This document shows positions 53,195-64,000 of a DNA stretch of 64,000 nt, piece after piece. This DNA is from Geosiphon pyriformis uo1 (lineage: Eukaryota > Fungi > Glomeromycota). Within the stretch, counting starts at the first letter, position 1. Each line of letters begins with the position of its first letter. The notes under the pieces are model-generated. The model had not been told where the DNA came from, ran no database searches, and saw only the letters and a program-made list of their open reading frames with translations. Position numbers and translations under genes: made by a program. The stretch spans positions 558,001 to 622,000 of the forward strand of contig JAAOMT010000607.1 in NCBI GenBank assembly GCA_016748015.1. The letters are read 5' to 3'.

Positions 53195-56100
53195 TCAATT
53201 TAATGTGTTGTTGTTGATAATAACGATTGGTTCCAGATCTCGTGGAATCTTATCTGGTTGGACTAGTATTCTCTGTACTCCTAATTGTGGAATATTATTG
53301 GTAGATGGTAGTGTGATGTTGTGATATAGTTTCAGTCGATCTCTATGTGCTGTTTTGGTTAAAATTTTGTTATTCAATCTTAATTTGTAGGCTCTATTTC
53401 TTAGAATTTTTTCTATGTAAAATGATCACTCTTATTTGGGGTCAAATTTTCCACTCTATTGTTTTTCTACTTTGGTATGATATAGTAATACTTTGTCTTT
53501 AATCTTGAATTCAATTGGTTTGTCTGGTAGTTGACTATCATGTCTTTCTTTCTGTTTTTTTTGTGACTTTTGAATATTATCAGCTGCTCTTTTCTGTTTG
53601 TTTTCCAATGTTTCCATTAAGTCATATGTTTTTCTCAGCAATGTTTCTTGAAAATTTTCTTCTGTTATTGGTTCAGCTGGATATGTATTAATTTCTCTTT
53701 TTATGGGTAACATTGCTGTTCTTCCATACACTAATTCAAATGGTATTGCTTGTGTAGTATCTTGTTTCATTATCTGATAAGCAAATAGTACTGATAGTAT
53801 GAACAAATCCCAATCGTTCTGGTTTTTTTGGCTGAGCTTAGCTATTGCTTCACACAATGTTCTATTGAATTTTTCTACTAATCCATTGGTTTGTGGATGG
53901 TATAGTGATGATAATGGTCTCTTGATTCCGAATCTTTGGCTCAATTCTGTTAATGTTCTGTTCACAAAATGAGTTCCTTGGTCTGATAATAATTCTTTTG
54001 GACATTTATGTTGACAAATCAAATCCTGATAAACAAATTCAGCAACAGATTCTGCATCCGCTTTTTGAATTACTTTCGCCTCTGGCCATTTAGTGAGATA
54101 GTCCATAGCTACTGCTATGTATCTGTTTCCTTTGCTGGTAATTGTTAATGATCTGACTAAATCAATTCCAACACAGTCAAATAGTTGTCTCACTTTGATT
54201 GGTCTTAATGGTTCACTGGGTCTTGTTTCTCCTCTTTGCTAACAAACATCACAATTTTGAACATATTGAATGATGTCTGGGTACATTGATGGCCAATAGT
54301 ATCTCTTTCTGGTTCTTTCCATGGTTGCTTCTTTGTGAAAATATTCTGCTGTTGGATTTGAGTGCATGTTGAATAATATTGTCTCTTTTTCTGGCTCTGT
54401 AATTACTCTGGTTGGTTGATCTGGATTCCTTCTATTTTTTTGATAAAGTATATTTTGGTGAGTGATAAAATATTTTGATTGTTGTTTAATACTCTTTTGT
54501 TCTATTTGAGATAAATTCTCCTTGAACTATTAAGTGGTTATATAATGTTGAAATTGTTGATATTTTTGTATGTTCATCTTTTGTTGTATTTTTTGTTGAT
54601 ATTGTTCTGGTTTTGTTATATTTTTGAGTTGAAATGTCCTTAGATTTGTCTTATTTGTGACAAACTGTCAGCATTTCCATTGTCTTTTCCTTTCTTATAG
54701 TGTATAGTATAAGTTTATTATGATAGTGCCATTTTCTATCTGGATTGTTGGCCATCATCAAATATGTGCTTTTGAAGTGACATTAATTTTTTATGATCTG
54801 TGTATATATCAAACTTTTGGCTCAAGTGTTCATTTCACTTCATGAATGCCCAATAAATTGCTAAATGTTCTAGTTCTGGTGTTCTATAGTTCTTTTCGGC
54901 TGGTGTTAGACCTCGGCTGGCATATGCTACTGGATGTTCTCTGCCGTTTGGCCCTTTCTGAGATAGTACTGCTCCCAATGCTTGGCCGGATACATCGGTA
55001 GTAATGATGAATGGTTTGTTGTGATTTGAGTAGATCAGTACTGGAGCTTGAATAAGCTTTCTTTTCAGAATATCAAAAGCTTCTTGTTGATTTTCTGTCC
55101 ATTCATATTTGGTATTCTTGGTTTGCAGATTATTGAGTGGTTGAGCTATCTTTGAAAAGTTCTTTATAAAGTGTCGATAATAGCTTGCGAATCCCAAAAA
55201 TGATTTTAATTCAGTCACATTGGTTGGTACTGGAAAGTTCTTTACTATCTCTATTTTCTCTGGATCTGTTTTGATGCCATCTTTGTTGACTATGTGTCCC
55301 AAGAATTTTAGTTCTGTCTTGTCAAAGAAGCACTTTGTTGTATTTAACTTTAGTCCTGCTCTTCTTAGTCTTTCAAACACTTGTTGAAGATGATAAAGAT
55401 GATTATCAAATGTTTTTGAGAATACATTGGTGTTGTCCAAGTATACAACTACTGATTTCCACAATAAGCCAGTATAGACAATTTCCATTAGCCATTGGAA
55501 AGTGGCTGGTGCGTTGGTTAAACTGAATGGCATTACTTCAAATTCAAAATTCCCTTTTTTCGTGGTAAATGCTGTTTCTCTTTGTCAGCTGAATCCATGA
55601 CCACTTGTTAGTAATCACTATCCAAGTCTAATGTTGAGAACCATTTGTTTCTGCCAAAAGCATTGAATAATTTTTGTATCTGTGGAGTTGGATAGCTGTC
55701 TTCACAAGTTACACCATTGAGTTTCCTGTAGTCTACACAAAATCAGATCTTTCTATTTTTCTTATGGACGAGTACCACTAGTAATGACCATGGGCTCATT
55801 GATGGCTAAATTAGCCTATTGTTAAGCATTCGGGTTATCTCTTGATGAATAATCTCATGGCTGGCTGGTGGCACTCTGTATGCTCTTTGTTTAATTGGCA
55901 TTGCATCTCCAGTCTTGATCTGGTGCTAAATGATGTCAGTTCAGCCAAACTCATTTTTGCTGGCAAAGATGTCATTGAACTGATTGAGCAACATTTTGAG
56001 TTGCATATATTGGAGTGGATCTAAGTTTCCCATGTTCATTTGTTCCAATTGTTCTGGTTGGAGCAAATAACATTCACTTTGTCCGTATATTGTTTGTGAT

Positions 56101-59100
56101 ATAATATCAACATATCCACAAAGTTGTGGAAAATCTGGAATGAAATTTGGTGGTTGATCCTCTATTTCAGTGCTTAAGTATCCAATGATGATTCTGGCTG
56201 GTATTACTATAACATTTTCTGTGTTGTTGTAGATAGAAATTTTGATGTGGCTGTGATCTTTGGCTGGTATGTGGAGATTGATGAGTCCAACTTCTTCTGA
56301 TTCACAAAGACTGGCTTCTGCTTCAAAAATTTGTGCTTGGTCTTTTTCCTTCCTTTTTATTGCTAGTATGTACTGGTTATATGGTGGAATAGAAATAGCT
56401 TGACTGGTTGTGATAATTTTTCTTTGGCCAACAATTTTTTCCTCCACCATATTAACTGGTACATCTATTCTATCCGTTGATCCAAATCCCTGTATTCCTC
56501 TCACTGTTATTCCTAATTCCTTCCTCTTTTTCACTGATACTAACTGAGCTACTCTAACCAAAGACAGAAATATTGCCTGTGCTATCTTTTTGTTGGGCTC
56601 TATTATATAGGCCTTTTCTGAGTCATTTTGTAGCATAGCGATGATATTTCCTACATATCCCATGTCAATTATTCCTCCTCTTATATTAATTCCTCTTTTT
56701 GCTAAACTACTCCTAAATGCTAATTGAACCATTGTTGTTGCCGGAATTTCTAGTGCTACTTTCAGATCAATACAGGTGCGTGAATGTGGTTCCAATTTGA
56801 TGGCATCATTTCCTGGATATCTCAGATCAAACCCTGCATCAGTATTATGTGCACATTCTGGCATAATATCTTCCCCATTGTCACTATATTATTTCAACTC
56901 TTGTTCTTTAAAGAGATCTGGTAGTGCAATGTATTGTTCATAGTTTAAATTGGAGTTTGAATCTGAGTTGAAATCAGTATCATTGTTGTTGCCATATTGA
57001 ATGGAGCTGGAACTGGTGTTTTCATCATCATTGTTGTCAGAGTTTGAATTGGAATTGAAAATCAATTTCGATTTTGATGCACATCTGCTAATTGGTTTTT
57101 CCTCTTCAGGGATTGTATAGATCATGCATGGTGGTGAATTGTAAATGAGATCACACTCATCATAATACTGAAAGTCACAGAGAATTAGGCAGTGTTGACA
57201 TAGTCAAGTATTCAACTGCTCTAACCGTTGTTCTTGTTCTTCCCTTGTGGATGCTAATTCTTGGTAGTGTTCATAGAATTGTTCCGAATCCAGGAGATTT
57301 ATAATGGGTTCTACATCCCAGTCAAGCTCTAAAGGTTCTGGAAGGTTGTCTTTGATTGTTTTTATTTCCTCAGGTGACACTCCTTTGATTTTGGCAAGTG
57401 CCATTTGCCAAATTTTGTCATCATCATGTGGACAACTGTCCAGTTGCTGCACAGCTCTTCTCCAGACTGCTTCTATTGGGGTTCCTTTCCTTACCCAGTC
57501 ACTTATTAGAATCGTGTATTGACACAATATGTCACATGTTCCTTCACATCCTGGGATGTTGTTCTACATCCCTTCATCCAGGAGAGTTTTTCCACAGGCT
57601 ATACATGGTGTATTATTCTATTTTCCCACTTGTTTTGGTCTTCCAAAACGTTCAATATGGCATGCATGGCAATAAAACTTGGTTGCCGTCTGATATTCTT
57701 TGTTATCGCCACAACATGCACCCATTGACAACAATTTTTTGCTGCAATTAATGCATATTAGTTTGGGTTAGTGATAAGTCGATGGTTATTGTTGACTGTA
57801 GGTGTATGAGATATAAGTGTTGTTGGCTTGAGTGTTTTCTTCCTCTCTCTCTTTCCCTTTTCTTTTTTCTTCTTTGTTTTTTCCCATTTCCAGCTTGAAG
57901 TTGGTTCGCTCTCGTCATTGTTGGTCCATGTCAAGTCATTGGTTTTCCAGATAAGTTCTTCTTTTTGTTTCCCTTTTCCATAGTCGTTGTCATCTCAGGG
58001 GAGTATTGTCGGCAGTTCGTTGTGTTCTTCATTAGCTCACAATACTTGGTAGGCTTCCCAGGTAGGTTTCTCTTTCTTCTTCTCCAGTTTGATCAATAGT
58101 ATCTCTCTTTGAGGAGTCTTGAAGTGGCCACACATGGCCAGTACACGTATGTGTTGGCTCTGATATGTTAGCTGGAGTTCTTGGGTGTTCCAGTCTAACA
58201 TCGCATTGACTTTGGATAGCCAGTCATTACCAACAAGAGCTTGATATTGAGTGGCTTCCATTACTAGAACTTTAATAGGAGTCATAATGCCATTGACTTT
58301 GAAAGAGAAGTTGTTAATTTCGCCAATTGGAGTTTTGGTCACTCCATTGGCTGTGATGATTCTGGTGCTGGCAGCTCGATCAACTCAGTGACTTAATTGA
58401 TCCATAAGTTGTTGTGTAATGATGCTGCCTGCTGAACCGCTGCCAAGGATCAATTTGATGGATTGTCCCTCAACTTTGGCATTAGTGTACATCATGATGA
58501 TTGGTTTGGCTTCAAGAGCGGCTCCACTAAATAATGGCATTGCAGCTGTTTCCTCGAATTTGAATGGGAAAATAGCAGCCAAAGACTTGTTTTTGGTGAT
58601 GGTAACAGATGGAATATTACTGGTGAGTGGTTGTTTTTGGGCAAATGCTGAGTTATTGGTTAAAGCATCTTCTGTGGTGACCAGGAGACTTAAATAGTTT
58701 TGCGAATTCGGGTTCTGAGTTTGACCAGTACTCAAATTCCGCTGGCATAATTCAGATGGTTGCTGTGAAGAACTGGGGATCAGTTGATGGACTACCATCA
58801 CCAATCTCCAGCTTTGTTGAGTCATTCTCAGCCTTTGGGTTCTATTGGGTGGTAAGCTTTGGGGTGGTGTTTGGATTTGTTGGGGTTGATAGATTATTTG
58901 TGGCTGCGGTTGTTGATAAACCATTTGTGGCTGTGGTTGATAGATTGGAGCTTGATATACCAGAGACTGATAGATTAATGACTGTGTCACTGATAGGTAA
59001 GCAGGTTGGTTTTGATTTGGGTACTGATTCAGAGTTTGGAACTGGTGATTGGGGTTTCGATATTGATTTCCTGATCATTGGTTATTTAAACACTGTTGAC

Positions 59101-60859
59101 AGTTAATTTGGATGTGTTCTTGTTTACCACAATAGTGGCAGATATGTGTTTCCTGTTGCCACTGTTGATTGGTCAATAAAGATAGACGTGGCTGATTTTG
59201 GGCATGATTAGAGTTTCTTTGATTATTGCATCATTGTGGAGGCTGATAAATGGTGTGATTGTCAGCTAAGTATCCTTCCAATCTCTTATTAATTGATTCA
59301 CTGAACTTCTCCAATTTGGAATTCAATTCAGATAATCCATTCATTACTAGATTAATGGCTTGGGCGTAGTTAGCCTCTGACTCAGCAGATTTAAAATCTC
59401 TGGCGTGTGTAACTGCATCTTGAAGGGTGCCTGGATGCAATAGACGTACATGTTGCAAAATACTGCTGTGCAGGCCACAAATAAACTGATTGAGTATCTG
59501 TGGTGCTGTAAAATAGTTGGCATCAATTGCTTGAATTTGGTGCAGGTTTTGATAGAAGCATCCTAGGTAAGTGGTAACTGCTTTAGTTTCTTCTTGTTTC
59601 ATGGTGGTGAATGTATTGACTAGGCAATTGATGCTGTTATTGTTGCTGAAGTATCTTAGAAATTCCGCTTTGAAGGCATTGAAATCTTGTGGTTTATTAA
59701 CCAAGCTCTGATACCATGAATTAGCGGTATCCTTGAGAAAGTAGGGAATGGCTTGCATTGCTCGAGCATTATTCCATCTATTGGCTGTGATGGCCTTTTC
59801 TATATCATTCAGCCATATTTGAATGTTATTCTCTTCGCCTGTAAAGTTGTCAAGTTTTGCAATTGGTGCATAGGCCATTAGATCTAAGTTAGGTGGTTGT
59901 GGTGGCTGTTAGAGCAGTTGTTGTTGTCCTGGCTGCTGGGGTGGTAGTTGAAGTAGCTGCTGTATGGGTTCGGCTATGGGATTAATTGGTGGTTGATCAA
60001 TGACAATTACCAAAGATAAGTTTTGCTGATTAATTAATTCGGGGTTTGGATTGTTCTGCCTTTGATAATTTGGAGTTTCGATTTTTGAATTTTCTAGATT
60101 TAGATTTTGCTGAGTTTGAAAATTCGGGGTTTCAACTTCCAGGTTTTCAGTGATCGGGTGCTGGTAAGTGAATTCTTGGTTCTCTAATTCTTCTTTCTCT
60201 TTTTCTGATTCTGCTGCTTCTTATGGATCAAAGATTCTGAAATCTGGTGGAGGCGGTGGTGATCGAAGTCTTGATGGGGTTGATGATCACAAATTAAATC
60301 CCTTAAAGTATTTGCCATATGGTCCTAATAATTCTGTTTTCTTTTGTCTACTTTAGAATGGGAATTGTCCAAATGCTGATGTCACAGTTGATGGGAATGC
60401 GTCTGTTGATGATATGTGGATGGCGCTTTCAGGTGTATAGTGGTAGGATGGGTTGCTTGGGGATTCAATTCTGTTTTTCTTCCAAGTAGGCAGCTGTATT
60501 TTTCTGGGTGTTACTGCTGGTGTTTGTAATTTTCCCTTGTCTTTACTAGCGTATGTAATTGAATATCTTTGTTGAGTGTGATGTTCAATTTCTTTGTTGA
60601 TCTCAGTGATAATAGATGTGAAATTATGATTTGTTGGTAGGTTGGTGTTTTGAATTAATTCCCTATAGAAAGTTTCTCTTGCTGATTCAGTATTTACTGG
60701 TGTTCCTAATAAAGAGGAAATCTTTTTGTTGACGTAGAAATTGAAGGCTGATTTGGCAGATATATGATTGTGATTTAATCCCAAGTATTGACAATAGTGT
60801 TGAAATAAGAATTTTGCGAATCCTAAATGGTTTGCTCCTATATTTTCTGATTCTGCCAC
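53195..60859 (-). pseudogene. Element D single-frame gag-pol (gag, CCHC, PR, Cys-rich region, dUTPase, RT, RNase H, INT)
   Basis: ORFs 60353-60859, 59231-59878, 58385-58990, 58037-58342, 57204-57527, 55941-56864, 54835-55533 and 53456-54193. Confidence 0.93.
56470..56864 (-). CDS. dUTPase domain within pol of D
   Basis: All five trimeric dUTPase motifs: DAGFDL, (S)RSSLA, GIIDMGYVG, IAQ and RGIQGFGST. Confidence 0.95.
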
Positions 60860-60902
60860 TTTTGGTTTGGTGTCATTGGTGCTGGTTCTCTGTAAGATTA
60901 TA

Positions 60903-60919
60903 CTTCACAGGGAGCACCA
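60903..60919 (-). promoter_or_regulatory. Primer-binding site TGGTGCTCCCTGTGA(G/A)G, probably tRNA-Ile(UAU)-type; shared by A, B, B', C, D and E
   Basis: TGG start next to the 5' LTR. The complement CTCAC.GGGAGCACCA resembles eukaryotic tRNA-Ile(UAU) 3' ends; tRNA identity is inferred. Confidence 0.75.
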
Positions 60920-61794
60920 AATGTTACAGGTGATTGTTTCTGCTGTTGAATTGAATAATAAACTCATAACTTGGTGCTCAAAAGCTACTTCCATTAATGA
61001 TGTTCTGTAAGTGTTGTATCTGAAGGTTTTAATAGAGTCCTTTGTATAATGAACAAAGATTCAATAGTGTCGATAGTAAATGTATCTTTCCAAGAGTTTT
61101 CCCAATTTCTTTCTTAGCATGGTGGCCAGATTTAGTCTGGCAGTCATGTTTTTCTGGTAAGCTATCTGATAATATATAAAATTCTACCTTTATTTCTGGG
61201 TCTTTTACCAGGTTATCTTTGACATCAATAACTTAGCACTTAATCTTTTAATCAATTAGTATACCACAATAAAATCAAAGAAGAATGAAAATAAAATAAA
61301 GAAAATAAAATAAAGAGAAATAGAGAAAATAAGCCAAGGCAATTTGGTACGTTAGTATCTTGTCAATAGCTGTGATCAAGAACTATTGTTCCAGTGTGGT
61401 TAAGTATCAATTATTATCAACATAAAGTGTTGATAGGGAGGAGTGGATTGCGATATAAAATAATTATTTATTTGATAATTGTGTTTCTGAGCTAAGAATT
61501 CTGTCATATCAATTCTGTCTTTTTTGTTTCTAACTCTACTACTATATATACATAATTGAAATTTCTTAATTCCTTGATTCTTCATGACAGGAATCCTGGA
61601 ATTCTTGGAATCCTGCAATTCTTATGCGAGTAATCCTGGAATTCTGGAATTCTGCAATTTCTCATTAAGGAATCCTGAAATTTCTGGAATCCTGCAATTC
61701 CTGAAAAGAATCCTGGAATTCCACATTTTACTATGCCTACTTCTGATTGGCTAATAATCATGCTAATATATTTCCTATATTTCTATGAGTAACA

Positions 61795-64000
61795 ATGTCA
61801 ACAAAATTCTATCAAACAGTATCTTAGAAAGAATTTTATGGGCAGTCTTAATCAAAGCAATTAGCCTAGTATTGGTTAAAACACCCTCCTATTTATAAGG
61901 TTTACAAATCATAGACACCCAAGCTTCCTTCCAAGGATGAGATATAGACTCATGCACCAAACAGAGATTCAATAGAATCAAAAGTAAACCGAACACAGAG
62001 CTATTACAATGTTTCCAAAGTTTATTTGGAATACCAAACAAACCAGCAGCCTTATTATCCAGCAGATTTTTGACTACACACAACAATTCATCATAATTAA
62101 TGGCATTTATAACTTCAGAAAAAGCACTATTGTCAAGGTAATTCAATAGCAGGTATTGATGCTGCCACAACTCAAGAACATTCCTCAATATAACCTTCTT
62201 TCTTGTCCAGTCTTTTATAATTTTGTCAATCTTCTCTTTAACATCAACTGGATCCAAAATTAAATTGCCATCAGAGACCAGATGGTTCAATACCACTTTG
62301 CAAAAAAAATGTTCCAATGCACTACAGATTGTGTGGCTTTTGTTAACCGCAAAGCTCTTCATCCTTTTTTCAACAGCTGACCTAATGTCCGATTTTTTAG
62401 TCCACAATAATTCAGTAAGCTTGAAAACATGATAAGATTTCTTTGCATCACAGAGAGCAAAACAAATACAATCTAAACCTGCACCAGAGCTCACAAGATT
62501 TTTAACAATAAAAGCTTTATTACTATCAAAAAAAATTTAGCACTCCAAAAGAGAGACAAATTGGTCAAAATCCACTTCATGAGAAGCTTTAACAATCTTT
62601 GAAACCAAAATCTCCAGTCTATGAAACTTTGAAGACTCTTTGGTAAAAATCTTATTGTAACTTTTAAACCATTTTTTTTTGAAAGTTCTATTAGCCAAAA
62701 AAGTCATTACTTTGTAAACAATGTCTCATATAATATTCAGATCTAAAAGTCTTTTGGCTGAAACAAATTTGTCTAAGAATATAGCAGCATTGGCTGCTGT
62801 AGTATTTTTAAACTTATATTATTTCACCTCATTAGTATGCTTAATGTTAAATTTTCAACAATTTTTGTTAGTCTGCTTGCACAGTGAGTTCAGCTGCACA
62901 TCTAGCAAACCACCCAAGCCCACAGAAACATAAACAGCACTGTAATCAGTATTAAAGTAATCCTCAATATTGGCAATACTATAAACAACTACTGTACTAA
63001 CCAGATTTGAAAAAACAAACAAATAATCAATTGTTTTTGCAACACCCCAAAAATTGCACCAAGTTGGCACTTTTACAAAAGAGCTCTCACTCAAGAAATT
63101 GACCAAACCCAAGTCAAGGCACTTTTTAAAACTGGCACACTTGTAAGAACCATTCTTATTGAAATTATCTTCCAGAATGACAAAAAAAAATTCATTCACA
63201 GTCTTTGCAATCATAGAATTAATATTACTTGTCTAAAAGAAATGTACTATCAAGGATGTCTTAGTATAAAGTCCCAAAATTGACACAGAAAATTTATTTT
63301 TGAACAGTAGCCTAATAGAAAGAAGCTAGCCAGGAACATTAATTACCTTACACATATGCCTTGCCAAAGAATTGTTTATGATAATTGTAACACCAGAACC
63401 CAAATGACCAGAGCCCAAACCAGAAATGAAAATCCAGACTCCATCAAACTTATTTATGATCCATGAGTAGATCCTATCTCTCAACTTAGTCTTAGTAACA
63501 ATAGAAATCAAATTGTTCATCTTATTATGCCAACAAATTATATCATTCTGTTTTGCAGAATTGTTCATACTCCTAACATTGTATATGGCAATTTTCCAAA
63601 CCAGATTACTCATTAAGAATTAGTAGAAGCTGACAAACCTAAACCAGAGCACAAACAATCTAATTTCTCCAAAACTGAATTAACCAACACATCTAATGCC
63701 ACTATTTTAAACTTTAAGCTGCCCACTTTGGTGGTCAGAACCTTGGAACTACTAGAGCTGAAACCAAACACATTAAAATTAACACCAGTGGGAAGAGAAA
63801 CAGATGGCACCAATATATTATCCACAGCCATATTTGAATCCAAACCTGAATTCAAAAGTGTAGAAACAACAAAAGAGGAAGTAAAAGATGAAGATACCAA
63901 AGACATTAATCCAATGAAGCTCAACTTTTTCAAGATACCAAAAACTTGGTTTGACAGGAGCTCTACAAAACATTCCAGAAAGGCCAAATGATCATGCAAA
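61795..64000 (-). mobile_element. LINE, 5' segment (ORF1 C-terminus, ORF2 APE endonuclease and RT N-terminus); continues beyond the window
   Basis: Motifs WKIAIYNVRSMN..TKTKL, SGVTIII, TIDYLF and TDY (APE); KAAGLFGIPNKLW and WKEAWVSMICKP (RT). ORF1 stop and ORF2 start overlap as TAATG at 63611-63615. Confidence 0.9.

Larger units (their letters stand above)
51625..61794 (-). mobile_element. Gypsy element D, full length 10170 bp, dUTPase-bearing
   Basis: 873-bp LTRs 51625-52497 and 60922-61794; TSD ATGC/ATGT; PPT 52498-52512; PBS 60903-60919. Confidence 0.95.

Overview
Eukaryotic, almost certainly fungal, genomic DNA. Spliceosomal introns, a UsgS-like gene and the TE repertoire point to Glomeromycotina; Geosiphon-like is an inference. 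About 95% of the window is transposon-derived. A CpG-rich island (~5.5-8.0 kb) carries two convergent host genes: a 276-aa MPLKIP/TTDN1/SICKLE-motif protein and a UsgS-like membrane protein with several frameshifts. To its left are an LTR end, two AT-eroded LINE 3' remnants and the end of a hAT-like DNA transposon. To its right, one minus-strand LINE (APE-RT-RNase H, polyA at 9029-9038) is split by two Ty3/Gypsy insertions, element A (11502-51095) and element D (51625-61794). Element A contains B; B contains B' and a non-autonomous element E; B' contains C. All boundaries are supported by TGTTA..TAACA termini and 4-bp TSDs. The TSD pattern also reveals a ~21-kb inversion caused by recombination between inverted LTRs. 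These Gypsy elements look like 'complex' retroelements. They have an AUG-free, probably GUG-initiated Gag extension, a multi-CxxC insert after the protease, an intact dUTPase followed by a degenerate one, and a separate ~210-aa ORF3 between integrase and PPT whose type tracks the family-specific U3 repeat array. Family C also has a textbook -1 frameshift signal. All TE copies are inactivated by C>T/G>A decay.
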